Counted from the first letter of the stretch, positions 9,816-21,333 are shown. The stretch is DNA of 64,000 bases from Cyanobacteriota bacterium (GCA_046045965.1 JBJOKS010000017.1:1-64000); one strand, 5' to 3'. Made by a program: numbers and translations. Notes: generated by a model not told the origin, from the letters alone.

Positions 9816-11231
9816 ATGAATTTAGTCTGGCAAAGATTTACCTTATCATCTGTACCGCTCAAAGCATATCTGGATACTAGCTACCTGCATCGCTTTATGG
9901 TGGGGATTTTACGTCCTTGGCGGCAAACCAGTATTTTAATGCAGTGGGGAGATACTATAGCGGCTGCTCTCCTTAGTCTTATCTATGCTCTTGCACCTTT
10001 TGTTTCTACTAACCTCATAGGGTTGTTGTTGGTGGCTTGTGTGGGTTTCTGGGTGCTATTGACTTTATCTGATGAAACAAGTTTGACAAATGCCGCCTCA
10101 GTCACGCCAATTCATCTGGTAGTGTTGGTCTATTGGGGTATTGCTGTCGCAGCTACAGCTTTATCACCTGTAAAAAAGGCCGCGTTAAATGACTTGGTAA
10201 CGTTAACACTCTATTTATTACTCTTTACTCTATGTGCTAGGGTGCTGAGAATTTCCCGTCTGCGGTCTTGGCTGATTACTCTTTACTTACACATTTCTCT
10301 GATTGTCAGTGTATATGGAATTCGGCAATGGTTTTTTGGTGCTAAGGCATTGGCTACTTGGGTTGACCCAGAATCAAGTTTAGCCAAGACAACCAGGGTT
10401 TACAGTTATTTAGGTAATCCCAATTTATTGGCTGGATATCTAATACCAGCAGTGGTTTTAAGTTTGGTAGCTATTTGTGCTTGGCAAGGCTGGATCAGGA
10501 AAGCTCTAGCACTAACGATGTTTGTTGTTAATACTGCCTGCTTGGTTCTCACTTTTAGTCGAGGGGGCTGGATTGGTTTGGTGGTGGGGCTTTTGGCAGC
10601 GATGGCATTATTAGTTTATTGGTGGAGTGTGGAAATGCCGCCTTTTTGGCGCACTTGGTCACTGCCAATTATTGTGGGCGGTTTGATTGGTGTGTTGGTG
10701 CTGGCGGTGATTTTTGTGGAGCCTGTACGCCTGCGGGTTGTGAGTATTTTCGCCGACCGACAAGATAGCAGTAATAATTTTCGTCGTAATGTCTGGGAAG
10801 CTGTTTTTGAGATGATTCGCGATCGCCCTATTATTGGTATCGGTCCTGGACATAACTCTTTTAATCAGGTGTATCCTCTCTACCAACGTCCCCGTTATAC
10901 TGCTTTGAGTGCTTATTCAATTTTCTTGGAAATAGCTGTGGAAATGGGTTTTATGGGTTTAGCTTGTTTTCTCTGGCTAGTAATTGTTACCTTGAATACG
11001 GCATTTATGCAAATGCGCCGTTTCCTAGAATCGAGAAGCACAGACGGACTTTGGTTAATTGGGGCGATCGCAACTTTGCTAGGTATGCTCGCCCACGGCA
11101 CTGTAGATACAGTCTGGTATCGTCCTGAAGTCAATACCCTTTGGTGGCTTATGCTTGCTTTAGTCGCCAGCTACTGGACACCTTTACCTCAACCAAGAAA
11201 TCAATCTCACCCACAACCCACAACCCACTAA
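9816..11231 (+). CDS. ictB: IctB family membrane protein (O-antigen ligase-like)
   Basis: RVYSYLGNPNLLAGYL, TFSRGGW, DSSNNFR, GIGPG. Confidence 0.9.
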   Translation: MNLVWQRFTLSSVPLKAYLDTSYLHRFMVGILRPWRQTSILMQWGDTIAAALLSLIYALAPFVSTNLIGLLLVACVGFWVLLTLSDETSLTNAASVTPIHLVVLVYWGIAVAATALSPVKKAALNDLVTLTLYLLLFTLCARVLRISRLRSWLITLYLHISLIVSVYGIRQWFFGAKALATWVDPESSLAKTTRVYSYLGNPNLLAGYLIPAVVLSLVAICAWQGWIRKALALTMFVVNTACLVLTFSRGGWIGLVVGLLAAMALLVYWWSVEMPPFWRTWSLPIIVGGLIGVLVLAVIFVEPVRLRVVSIFADRQDSSNNFRRNVWEAVFEMIRDRPIIGIGPGHNSFNQVYPLYQRPRYTALSAYSIFLEIAVEMGFMGLACFLWLVIVTLNTAFMQMRRFLESRSTDGLWLIGAIATLLGMLAHGTVDTVWYRPEVNTLWWLMLALVASYWTPLPQPRNQSHPQPTTH

Positions 11232-11380
11232 GAGATTTCATCAAAAATCTCCCACCGTTTTTAAGGCAGGGGTGCAGGGGCAGGGACAGAGGTAGAAAAA
11301 TTCATACTTCCTCCTGATAGCTAAACGCGGTGTAAGCCATACTCCCGACTCCTGACTCCTGACTCCTGAATTCTGTTGTA

Positions 11381-11659
11381 TTAGTCTCTGTAACTCGTAG
11401 CCCCTGGTGCGTTGGGGTCTCGATAACGGGTTGGTTCTTCTTCACGCTTTTTACCTGCTAAACCAGCTAGACCCAACAGTCCAATTAATCCTAGCCAACC
11501 CCAATTACCATCGTTACGATCATAATAAACAGTCCTGTCTGGTGCAATGTCAGTTCTGGGTTGAGTCACTTGGGCGGATGCGGGTTTACTTACAGGTAAA
11601 ATTCCCATAATCAATGTCAGAACTCCAGCCCCAACCATTTTGGTGAAATTACTTTTCAT
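11381..11659 (-). CDS. Small exported WGxxGxxG-CTERM protein
   Basis: Signal peptide ending ASA; WGWLGLIGLLGLAGL followed by basic GKKR. Confidence 0.8.
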   Translation of the reverse strand: MKSNFTKMVGAGVLTLIMGILPVSKPASAQVTQPRTDIAPDRTVYYDRNDGNWGWLGLIGLLGLAGLAGKKREEEPTRYRDPNAPGATSYRD

Positions 11660-11825
11660 GGTGAAAGTGCCTTGTACCTGATTCAGATATTCACCACTTT
11701 ATCTATTCCTAAAATAAGCCAAATCAATCTGCGGCTATAAACTAGGCTTGCTCGTAAATCAGGCTGGGGGTATATTTAACCATTTACTAATTTGTGAACA
11801 TTCCGTTACTTTACCCAGTACGGAC

Positions 11826-12299
11826 TCAACTGTTATAATTTTTCATTGCTCGTTGAATATCACGCTGATCTTGACGGCGTTTGAGGTCTTCCCGCTTATC
11901 GTGAATTTTCTTACCTTTACATAAACCAATACTGATTTTTACCCAACCCCCTTTAAGATACATTTTCAACGGTACTAAGGTTAAACCTTGCTGTTCTACC
12001 TTACCAATTAGCTTGCGGAGTTCTTGGCGATGTAGCAGCAACTTCCGAGTGCGACGCGGTTCATGATTGAAATATTGTCCACTAGCACTGTAAGGAGAAA
12101 TATGTACATTTATTAACCATGCTTCGCCATTGCGAAGCAACCCATAGCCATCTTGGAGATTCACTTTACCTGCTCGTATTGATTTGACTTCCGTACCTGC
12201 CAGCTGAATTCCTGCTTCGTAGGTTTCTAGGATTTCATACAAATAACGGGCTTGGCGATTGTCGCTAATAACTTTATAGCCTTCGTTTTTGTCACTCAT
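11826..12299 (-). CDS. smpB: SsrA-binding protein
   Basis: EAGIQLAGTEVKSIR, RTRKLLLH, KGKKIHDKR. Confidence 0.97.
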   Translation of the reverse strand: MSDKNEGYKVISDNRQARYLYEILETYEAGIQLAGTEVKSIRAGKVNLQDGYGLLRNGEAWLINVHISPYSASGQYFNHEPRRTRKLLLHRQELRKLIGKVEQQGLTLVPLKMYLKGGWVKISIGLCKGKKIHDKREDLKRRQDQRDIQRAMKNYNS

Positions 12300-12617
12300 T
12301 GAAAATTTGGTTTGTGTTAAATATGGCTGAAAATGCTTTGTAATTTGAATAAGGAGTTAAGCTAACTTAATCTTACATTTTATTTTACATTTAATTTAAT
12401 CTACTACTATAACAGTATTTTTTGTTTAATTATTATTAATTTTTATGAATTCTTCCTAAGCATTTAAGATTTTCTTTATAAATCATCCCTGATGCAGTCA
12501 TTAGTAGGTAATACTGTCATAGTATAAAACAGAAGAACACTATTACTGCCAGGGTTTATTGCTAGTGTTCATTATAGCAAAATATTGAGTAACAAAAATG
12601 CTAGGGGTGTACTGTCC

Positions 12618-13301
12618 ATGCCCTTGAAGATCCTTGTAGTGGATGACGACCTGGGCACTCGTCTGTCTATTAGTGATTATCTGGAACTGTCTGGCTATTC
12701 GGTGATTATGGCTGATGACGGTCAAGATGCTTTGTCTATGGTAGAAAAGAACCATCCTGATTTGATGGTGACAGATATTGTCATGCCACGGATGAACGGC
12801 TATGAACTGGTGCGTCGGGTGCGTCAACAAGCAGAGTTTAGGTTATTACCTGTAATTTTGTTAACAGCGCGAACCAAAACCCAAGAAAGAATTCTTGGCT
12901 ACCAATCAGGTTGTGATTTATATTTGCCCAAGCCTTTTGAACTAGAAGAGTTAGCCGCTGCTATTCGTAATTTACTGGAGCGATCGCAAATCATTCAATC
13001 AGAATATCGCTTTTCTTATCAAGAAAGTTTAGATGGGTCTAACTTCATTAAAGCAACAGACAGACAAAATCATTTATCAACTCAAACTGCTAATTCTCAG
13101 CTACTCTCATCACTGACTACAAGAGAACAGGAAGTGTTAGAAATGTTGACTCACGGTTTGTCTAATGCTGAAATGGGTCATCAACTGCACTTAAGTCCGC
13201 GCACAGTAGAAAAATACGTCAGCAGTTTATTGAGAAAAACTTTAACCAGCAATAGAGCCGAACTGGTGCGTTTTGCTATCAAGCATGGTCTTGTGGAGTA
13301 A
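12618..13301 (+). CDS. NarL/LuxR-family response regulator
   Basis: REC (VVDDD, DIVMP, KPF) plus LuxR HTH (LTTREQEVL, LSPRTVEKY). Confidence 0.92.
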   Translation: MPLKILVVDDDLGTRLSISDYLELSGYSVIMADDGQDALSMVEKNHPDLMVTDIVMPRMNGYELVRRVRQQAEFRLLPVILLTARTKTQERILGYQSGCDLYLPKPFELEELAAAIRNLLERSQIIQSEYRFSYQESLDGSNFIKATDRQNHLSTQTANSQLLSSLTTREQEVLEMLTHGLSNAEMGHQLHLSPRTVEKYVSSLLRKTLTSNRAELVRFAIKHGLVE

Positions 13302-13309
13302 AAGCATTT

Positions 13310-13792
13310 TTATGAGAATTGCTGACTTTTAACATGGTTAAGCAGACCTTCACAAGCATCCATAAGGAGGTCAATCACCTGATTAAATCCCTCTGTTCCG
13401 CCATAATAGGGATCTGGAACTTCCTTAAGAGTGTGTTGAGAGCAAAAATCACACATCAAGCGGACTTTATGGTGATATTCTCCAGAACGGTCAACAGCAA
13501 GGATATTTTCGTAATTTTCCTGATCCATTGCCAAAATCAAATCAAACTCCTGAAAGTCTGATTTTTGAAACTGACGAGCTTGACCACGTAGTTTAATTCC
13601 TAACTTAGCAGATGCAGCAGCACTCATGCGACGGTCAGGTGGACTACCAATGTGATAGCTAGAAGTACCAGCAGAATCACAGTAAATTTTATCACTCAAA
13701 GCAGCTTGGTCAATGAGATAATTCATGATATTTTCTGCTGATGGCGATCGGCAAATATTACCCAAACAGACAAATAGTAACTTGTAAGACAT
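13310..13792 (-). CDS. Low-molecular-weight protein-tyrosine phosphatase
   Basis: FVCLGNICRS active site, VPDPYYG. Confidence 0.95.
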   Translation of the reverse strand: MSYKLLFVCLGNICRSPSAENIMNYLIDQAALSDKIYCDSAGTSSYHIGSPPDRRMSAAASAKLGIKLRGQARQFQKSDFQEFDLILAMDQENYENILAVDRSGEYHHKVRLMCDFCSQHTLKEVPDPYYGGTEGFNQVIDLLMDACEGLLNHVKSQQFS

Positions 13793-14088
13793 TTTTCGGG
13801 GTTAATCCTTTTAGCTGAATTCTTACTAATAAACTATGATCAAATAGCGCAATAAGTCAAGATTTATATTTAAATAAACATCCCACGATGTGGTGGACAA
13901 ATAAAGGTATTTTGATGATTTTTATTAATACAGCGGATGCCTTGGTTATGAGGTACATTATAGCCCCCTCATTGCTGGCGGAGATGGGATTTTGTCAATA
14001 AAGCTTTATATCAACATTCCCTAAAAAGTGCAGTCCTAGAAATGGGATTGCGAGAATCTGCTAGATTAGTTTTAACACCCCAAGAAAT

Positions 14089-16629
14089 TCAACATTTTTT
14101 CTGATAGTATGGTTCACTATATTCTTTTAGTAAAGAAGATATGTCAAGTTTGTGAGTAACTAACCATTGCTGAATTTTTACATCACTGATCTCTTGAATT
14201 TTATAATCCTTAAATTCCTTGAAAAAAGACCTGACATTATCTTTTAAGAGTTTAAGTTTACTTTTTCTCATTATTTCAACTTCATGAGTAAAGTTCCCTT
14301 CATTAGAAACATTTTTAGTAGGGATAATTAATATTCTTTTTACTTTTTCTGTGTTGTATGTATCTTTAAACCACCCGCAATGATTATTCATTTGACCAGT
14401 TTCAGTTTTAAATATTTCATTTCGTGAGTCTTCAACTTCACTCTTACATTCAAAAATAAAATACTGGCTATCTTCACCACACCAAAGGTTATCTGCTCCC
14501 TTCTTAAATTCCCTATCTGGTCTTTGGCTAAGAAAACCAATTGCACTACCTAAATCTTGAAGAGCTTTTTCAAACTTCTCCGCAGGTTGCCCAAAACTCA
14601 AACTTTCAAGAATATCATCTATATTCATAATAAGTTCTTCATAATTTGCATTTGAAGATATCCATTCCTTTATCCTTTTAATTCTATTTTCACTTATATA
14701 TTGCAGTTTCTTATAATTAATACCTTCTTTTGGTTTCAGAAGATTATTGTTATTTTTAAATGCACTTTTTTGTGTTTTGTTAGATTCTAATTTGCTAATT
14801 CGATATTGATAACGAGCTAAAATTTGTAGATACCACCCCTTTTCTGTTGAATTTTCTTGATAGAAAGAATCAATTATTTTTTGAATACAAGTTATTGCAT
14901 TTTCTAACTCATTTATATGTAAGGAATCTTCTGCTTTCTTTTCCAATTCTAGTATTTCTATAAAATTTTTACCATTACTAGATTCCATAGTAACAACTTC
15001 ATCCATTTTTTCTTTGTAAAATTCTTTCCATCCTTCGTCTCTTTTTAAACATTGATTGATTAACTTTATTACAACATCTAAAGGTTGTTGTCTTTTCTCT
15101 TCTAATTCTTCTTCCGCAAACTTCCCAATCTCAATTCCTATTTCTATCTGTTTTCTTGTTTGTTCTGAGAAAAATTTATTTGAATTAATGCTTTTGATAA
15201 ATTTTACTAAATCATATCCAATAATTAAGATGACACTATAATCTTTTTCCCCTCTTACACTTCTGCCTAATCCCTGTTCTATCTTTTGAGCAATTTTAAT
15301 ATTTATCTGATCACTGTTTGACCTACATTCCTCTTCATACTTTTCTGTTAGAGAACTTGCATATGGTATTGAATCTATTATCAAAATCCGACAACAATTA
15401 TCAGGAAGGTCTATTCCATCATATCTATTTACAAGAACAACAGTATTACTGTATTGATTATCTTTCAATTTATTAATTTCGTCAAAGATTTTATCTTTAT
15501 TTGCTACAATAGAACCACATTGTTCGTATGTATTAGCTACTGGAAAGCTCGGAGTTATTACGACTATCCCTGCTCTACGCTTAGGATCTTTTTTGGCAAA
15601 TTCATTTATGATAGGTCTTCTATCTAAACTGCTATCAATTAATGAAGGTATTAATATCATTTTTTCACCAGACCATTTCTCATTGTTGTAAACGAGAGGT
15701 TGTTTAACTGCTTTCGCATCCAAACCTAGTCCTTTTATAAAAAAGGAATCATTTTGAGTAGTTGCTGACATTAAAATTTTATGTTTAGCCTTGTTAAAAG
15801 TACCAAATTGATGTACTAAACTTATAGAAGGTGAAATTTCTAGTTCTTTTCCACTTATAAAACATTGACAATTCTCAAGACTATCCTTAATTAAATCCCA
15901 AGTAAATTTTACTTTTATATCGTCACTGTATTGTAATAAAATTGCTGCAACTTCTGATTTTTTATCTTCCCAACTCCAATAAGGTACTGGGAGGGATGTA
16001 CTGTATTTACCACTTTGAATCTCTAAAAAACTACCTTCACCTTGTTCTCTTAAATCATCTTCAAATAACTGAATTAGTTTTGTATAAATTTTATGCTCGT
16101 TATTTACTGTTATTTTAAAAGAGTTATTTATGGAGTCTATACAAGCATGAGAATCATCTAATAAAATTGTATTAACTTTAGTGAAGTTACCACCTATTCC
16201 AAAAATGGATTTACCATTAAAAAGTTTTTGAACATGAACTATTAATATTTTCTCTGAGCTTAAAAACTCCTCTGGAAGAGAGTTCTCATTATTAAGAGTT
16301 ACATAGCTGATTCCAAACTTCTCAGCTTCTTGGCAAGTTTGCTGTAGTAAATATATATTTGGGCAGACATATACACATGGTTCTTTGTTTTCATTTAACT
16401 TTGATTGAAGCATTAATAATCCAATTAAAGTTTTTCCTTGTCCAGTATGTAGTTTTAAAATCAAGTCTTTGTCTTCTTTTCGATCTAACCACCAATCTGT
16501 AAGTATTTCTTTCTGTACTGGACGAAGATCGCTAGTTTCACTTTTTCTATCTAACACATCATAAATCTCAACTGGATTTACTTTTTTCTCAATTGATTTA
16601 AGTCCTAATTTCTTTTTGAAGTCAACCAT
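14089..16629 (-). CDS. SF2 helicase with C-terminal PD-(D/E)XK nuclease, Hna-like anti-phage protein
   Basis: LHTGQGKT (motif I), LDDSH (II), MSAT (III), RYDGIDLP (V), QGLGRSVR (VI), C-terminal ADNLW...FECKS; strongly AT-rich. Confidence 0.75.
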   Translation of the reverse strand: MVDFKKKLGLKSIEKKVNPVEIYDVLDRKSETSDLRPVQKEILTDWWLDRKEDKDLILKLHTGQGKTLIGLLMLQSKLNENKEPCVYVCPNIYLLQQTCQEAEKFGISYVTLNNENSLPEEFLSSEKILIVHVQKLFNGKSIFGIGGNFTKVNTILLDDSHACIDSINNSFKITVNNEHKIYTKLIQLFEDDLREQGEGSFLEIQSGKYSTSLPVPYWSWEDKKSEVAAILLQYSDDIKVKFTWDLIKDSLENCQCFISGKELEISPSISLVHQFGTFNKAKHKILMSATTQNDSFFIKGLGLDAKAVKQPLVYNNEKWSGEKMILIPSLIDSSLDRRPIINEFAKKDPKRRAGIVVITPSFPVANTYEQCGSIVANKDKIFDEINKLKDNQYSNTVVLVNRYDGIDLPDNCCRILIIDSIPYASSLTEKYEEECRSNSDQINIKIAQKIEQGLGRSVRGEKDYSVILIIGYDLVKFIKSINSNKFFSEQTRKQIEIGIEIGKFAEEELEEKRQQPLDVVIKLINQCLKRDEGWKEFYKEKMDEVVTMESSNGKNFIEILELEKKAEDSLHINELENAITCIQKIIDSFYQENSTEKGWYLQILARYQYRISKLESNKTQKSAFKNNNNLLKPKEGINYKKLQYISENRIKRIKEWISSNANYEELIMNIDDILESLSFGQPAEKFEKALQDLGSAIGFLSQRPDREFKKGADNLWCGEDSQYFIFECKSEVEDSRNEIFKTETGQMNNHCGWFKDTYNTEKVKRILIIPTKNVSNEGNFTHEVEIMRKSKLKLLKDNVRSFFKEFKDYKIQEISDVKIQQWLVTHKLDISSLLKEYSEPYYQKKC

Positions 16630-16790
16630 CTTATTTGTTAATCAATATGTTTACTGTTTTGTTTATTAAGGCGCTAAAGTAAAAAATTTTACAATTAGGT
16701 AATGCCTAAAGCCCTAAAAGGAGGAAAAGTGATAAACAATACCATTATAGAGCTAACGCTCGTATACGACAATACAATTGCCGTACTACC

Positions 16791-17514
16791 ATGCCAACAC
16801 ACCTATACTTTGGTGAAAACGAATTCTTTCTAACTCGCATCATCAAACAACTAAAAACCCACACTCTAGATCAACCAACAATGGGCAAACTTCAACTATA
16901 CAGAATACCCCCCAGAATCTAAAGAAACCATTCCTCAAGCATTATCCGATATCATGACACCACCAGTTGGGAGTGGAGGAAGATTAGTACATTTGCCCAA
17001 CAGCACATTACTGGGAGTTTGTTCAAAAGAAATTTTGTTGCAGTTGGAGTCCATTCTCCCCAAAATTCCCTCAACAAATACCCTCCTTATCACCAACACT
17101 CACAAACCTGACGGGAGAAATAAATCAGTCAAACTCCTACTGGAATACGCACAGGTAAAAGAATTTCCTCTCGTTCCCCAATGGCAAACCCAAGCATTAA
17201 TACAGCAAGCTCGTACTTTAGCTGACGAAGTAGGTGTAACACTCACTATCGATGCCTACAAAGTATTGATTGATTACACAGGCAATCATACACGACTGAT
17301 ATTCACCGAACTAGAAAAGCTCAAAACCTATGCTTTGGGTAAAACAGTCAATGGGGATATGGTGAAAGAATTAGTATCAGAAAATGCTACTAATAGTTTA
17401 CAACTAGCCAACGCCATTCGCTTGGGTGACAATGCTCAAGCATTAGAATTTGTTGAACACTTAATTAACTGTAACGAACCAGCTTTAAAAATTACCGCTA
17501 CCCTGACTTCTTGA
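16791..17514 (+). pseudogene. holA: DNA polymerase III delta subunit paralog, frameshifted and 3'-truncated
   Basis: ATG 16791 gives MPTHLYFGENEF; after a CAAC duplication at 16872-16879 the +1 frame continues QWANFNY...MTPPVGSGGRLV...ELEKL...EPALKITATL then stops early. Confidence 0.75.
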
Positions 17515-17685
17515 TCATCCAAATGTTATACAGTTTGCTGGTGGTTCTCCTGGGAAAGCGATCGCTCTATTTAATATTTATATTTTTTTATCAACGCTCA
17601 TACTCCCACTAATATATGCAAATATCTGTATAGTATTTATGTATAAGAGTAGTTACTGAAATAGTTATAAATAATTTTGTCTATG

Positions 17686-17766
17686 CAGTCAGTTATCAGT
17701 TATCAGTTATCAGTTGCTAACGACTAATAACTAATAACTAACGACTAAGGACTAATGATTAATGAC
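17686..17766. repeat. STRR arrays (AGTTATC; ACTAATA)
   Basis: Tandem 7-mers. Confidence 0.85.
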
Positions 17767-18116
17767 TATAATCCCGGTAGTTCCAATCCACTAGTCAAAT
17801 CTTCCATACGTTCCCGCATAGTCGCAGTAGACTTGTTATAGGCATCTTTCATTGCTGCTGTCACGAGATCAGAAAGTAGCTCAGAACCTTGTGCTATTGC
17901 ATCTGGGGAAATTTCTACTCTTCTGGGTTCTTGGTTCCCACTGACAATTACCTTAACCAGTCCACCACCAGACTCTCCTTGAATCTCCATTCGCTCTAAT
18001 TCTTCTTGGAGAAGTTTTGCACCTTCTTGAACCTGCTGGGCTTTTTTGAAAGCGTCAGCCAATTCTCTCATTTTTCCTAAGCCAAAACCAAATCCCTGTC
18101 CTTTTCCTGCTGTCAT
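17766..18116 (-). CDS. YbaB/EbfC nucleoid-associated protein
   Basis: [27 protein letters not shown]. Confidence 0.92.
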   Translation of the reverse strand: MTAGKGQGFGFGLGKMRELADAFKKAQQVQEGAKLLQEELERMEIQGESGGGLVKVIVSGNQEPRRVEISPDAIAQGSELLSDLVTAAMKDAYNKSTATMRERMEDLTSGLELPGL

Positions 18117-18265
18117 AATTAATTTTCCAACTGTGCTTTGAATAACAAATCAAATTCAATTATAGATGTGGCGGGTAATGGGTAATGGGTAATTGGTAAT
18201 TGGGAATAGAGAACAGGTAAAGAATTTTCTCCCCAGTCACCAGTCACCAGTCACCAGTCACCAAC

Positions 18266-19267
18266 CTATCCACAAACTGCTTGAAACTCGCCAATCATTT
18301 TAACTTCTGGTTCTAACCAAATTGACCAACGTTCTTGTACTTCACGTTGAATATGATTAATGAGACAGAAAATATCACTGGCTTTAGCGCCACCACGATT
18401 AACGATAAAATTGGCATGAAGTTGGGCTACTTGCGCTCCGCCAATTTGGTAGCCTTTTAAACCAGCTTGTTCAATCAACCATCCAGCAGTGTAAGGTTTA
18501 GGATTGCGGAACACACTACCACAACTGGGAAAATTATAAGGTTGGGTAGAAAGCCGATGCTGTTTATGTTGCTTGGTAGCAGCTACAACTTGTACGGGAT
18601 CTGCACCTGGTTGAAGTTGGAAAGTAGCTTGAGTAACTATCCTTTTGCCCCCTTGTAATAATGAAGTTCGGTATCTGTAACCTAATTCCGCTGGGGTGAG
18701 AGTTTCTAATGTACCATCAGGAGAGAGCAATTCCGCGCTCACCAACATATCTGCAATACAGCTACTATGCGCTCCTGCATTCATCACAACTGCACCGCCA
18801 ACGGTTCCAGGAATACCAACAGCCCATTCTAACCCTTGCCATCCTAATTCTGCTGCTTCCCATGCCAAGCTAGGAATAGATTCACCTGCGGCGACAGTTA
18901 ATTGACCTGTTTCTAGGTCGAAGTGCTTGGAACGGAAATGACGAGTAGCAATAACTAAGCCTGGTATACCTTGATCACTGACCAGCAAGTTAGAACCTGC
19001 CCCCAGTATCGTTACTTGTAAATTTAGTTCTTTAGCATACTCAATACTTGCTTGTAATGCTTCTAAGTTGCGTGGAGCAACGTACCATTGGGCTTCTCCT
19101 CCAACTCTGTAGGAAGTAAATGCTGATAAAGAAGCCTGGGACTTGATTACACATTCAGTTCCGGGTAAGTAAATGACTTTACTATCGACAGAATTAGTGG
19201 TTTTCTGTTTATTTGTCGTCAAAGCAGAAATCGTGCAGACGTTACCAGCTGCCTGGGAAATTGTCAT
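18266..19267 (-). CDS. murB: UDP-N-acetylenolpyruvoylglucosamine reductase
   Basis: [44 protein letters not shown]. Confidence 0.97.
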   Translation of the reverse strand: MTISQAAGNVCTISALTTNKQKTTNSVDSKVIYLPGTECVIKSQASLSAFTSYRVGGEAQWYVAPRNLEALQASIEYAKELNLQVTILGAGSNLLVSDQGIPGLVIATRHFRSKHFDLETGQLTVAAGESIPSLAWEAAELGWQGLEWAVGIPGTVGGAVVMNAGAHSSCIADMLVSAELLSPDGTLETLTPAELGYRYRTSLLQGGKRIVTQATFQLQPGADPVQVVAATKQHKQHRLSTQPYNFPSCGSVFRNPKPYTAGWLIEQAGLKGYQIGGAQVAQLHANFIVNRGGAKASDIFCLINHIQREVQERWSIWLEPEVKMIGEFQAVCG

Positions 19268-19390
19268 CGTTGCTTTAATTGGTAATTTTTATTACGTTAT
19301 CAACAGTCAATGCGGTATATAAAGTAGCGAGTGAGACTATTGCTAGATTGGGAATAGATAAAAGAAAAAACCTAGCTTTCTTTGCCGCAC

Positions 19391-20851
19391 TTAAGATGTG
19401 GCTTTAGCCGGTTCGCAAAGTGTGGCAATGATTTCAGGAATCGCCTGATTTAAATTCCCAGCGCCTAAAAACAGTGCTAAGTCGCCCGGACGCAGTGTTG
19501 ATAATAAAACCTCGGTAACAGAAGATAAAGTTGGTTGATAAATTACCTGCTGGTGCTGCTTGGCAATTTCCGCAGCCAATTTTTCACCACTAATCTGTCC
19601 TAAATCGGGTTCTCCGGCACTGTAAATGTCAGTGAGAACTACTAAATCAGCATGGGTAAACGACTCGGCAAATTCTTCTAAAAATGTAAGTGTACGACTA
19701 TAACGATGGGGTTGGAAGATGGCAACTACCCTTTGTCCTGGTCTAGCTTGGAGTCTTGCTGCGGCGAGAGTAGCACGAATCTCACTAGGGTGATGGGCAT
19801 AATCATCAATAAAGGTAATACCAGCGGCTTCTCCCCGGAACTCAAAGCGCCGTCTTGCTCCTTCAAAGGTAGCAATACCTTTGGCAATTTCCCCAAATTC
19901 TAAACCCAGAGCGCGTCCTACAGCTACTGCTGCTAGAGCATTGCTGAGGTTATGCCGACTCAAAAGCTGTACATTCAATACACCCAAGGCTTTGCCTTTT
20001 TCCCAAACCAAAGCTGTTGTACCATCAGCACGATAGTCAATATTGGTAACAGTGTAATCAGCGCCTGTGTCTGGATGTAGACTGTAGCTGATTGTTGGTT
20101 TTAGGCTATCGCGCACTGTGGCACAATCAATGCTACCTACTAAAATTTGGCAACCTTGGGCAAATTTTTGGAAAGTCTCCACCACTTCTTCTAATGTTTC
20201 GTAGTGGTCAGGATGATCGAGTTCAATATTGGTAATGATGCCAATTGCTGGAGCGTGTTTAACCAGGGAACCATCAGATTCATCAGCCTCAGCTACTAGA
20301 TACTTACTTTCCCCTAGTCGAGCATTCCCTTCCCAAGCGTTGACTTCACCACCAACCAAAATTGTGGGGTCAAGACCAGCTTGCAAGAGCATATAACCAA
20401 TCATGCTACTGGTTGTGGTTTTACCGTGAGTTCCTGCCACAGCAATGCTGTAGTAATCGGCAATCAAGGCAGCTAGGACATCGGAACGGTGTAAAATTGG
20501 GCAACCCAATTCTAGAGCCGCTTTGTATTCTAAATTATTCGTGTTAATAGCTGTGGAACAAATTACTTGAGGTAATATTGTTTTGGTAGTAGACAGTTGT
20601 TCTTGAGAATTTAGTAATACTCCATTAGTCGATACTTGAGGACGAAAGAATTCAAGATTACTGGCTTCTTGCTTACTAAAAATGTGAGCGCCCAGAGATT
20701 CCAACTTCCGGGTAATTTGGTTAGGACGTAGATCAGAGCCAGATACTGGTAATTGACGTTTTGTCAATACATGAGCCAGAGCAGACATTCCTATACCGCC
20801 AATCCCTATGAAATGAAATGGTCTACCGCTAAAATCTATATAATTATTCAT
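19391..20851 (-). CDS. murC: UDP-N-acetylmuramate--L-alanine ligase
   Basis: GIGGIGMS, GTHGKTTT, EADESD, DDYAHHP, FQPHRYSR. Confidence 0.97.
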   Translation of the reverse strand: MNNYIDFSGRPFHFIGIGGIGMSALAHVLTKRQLPVSGSDLRPNQITRKLESLGAHIFSKQEASNLEFFRPQVSTNGVLLNSQEQLSTTKTILPQVICSTAINTNNLEYKAALELGCPILHRSDVLAALIADYYSIAVAGTHGKTTTSSMIGYMLLQAGLDPTILVGGEVNAWEGNARLGESKYLVAEADESDGSLVKHAPAIGIITNIELDHPDHYETLEEVVETFQKFAQGCQILVGSIDCATVRDSLKPTISYSLHPDTGADYTVTNIDYRADGTTALVWEKGKALGVLNVQLLSRHNLSNALAAVAVGRALGLEFGEIAKGIATFEGARRRFEFRGEAAGITFIDDYAHHPSEIRATLAAARLQARPGQRVVAIFQPHRYSRTLTFLEEFAESFTHADLVVLTDIYSAGEPDLGQISGEKLAAEIAKQHQQVIYQPTLSSVTEVLLSTLRPGDLALFLGAGNLNQAIPEIIATLCEPAKATS

Positions 20852-21333
20852 CTTTTGTTCCTCTTACACCACACCACAGAATCTTCACAAATGACACGCG
20901 TATCATAACAGGATTTTGATTTTTACAGATACTGCTCCTGTAAGATTTTCATCTCTGAATAAAGGGTTAATTTTTTACTTTGTTTGTGCTTGTTCAGAAA
21001 GATATTACCCTGACGGCAGAGTTTTTCTATTTCTAATATCTTTTTATGATTATTCTGAAAACTGAGACAACATCGGGAAAAAAAATCCTGTAATGTTAAA
21101 TACATATCGTTAGTTGCATTACTACAAGTAGCTACGGAAGTGCTTGAGTCATAAACCTGATTTGAAACTGTATCAAGCCAGAGAGTTAATTGACTACAAT
21201 AGTACATTGACAGTGAAAATATTATTCAACTGGTTGCAGCAGGAAATTCCTGGACTGCACAAGTAGTCCGGGTAGAGATGCTTTGGCATACCTTCCGTTG
21301 ATTCTCTCACCAAATCCCCAATTCTCAGACTGG

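Noticed and set aside
11243..11275. AAAATCTCCCACCGTTTTTAAGGCAGGGG as a second IS605 right end
   Set aside because: Too degenerate; no TCAA terminus or left end
11660..12600. tmRNA or tRNA near smpB as an integration site
   Set aside because: No tRNA-like or ssrA sequence recognised
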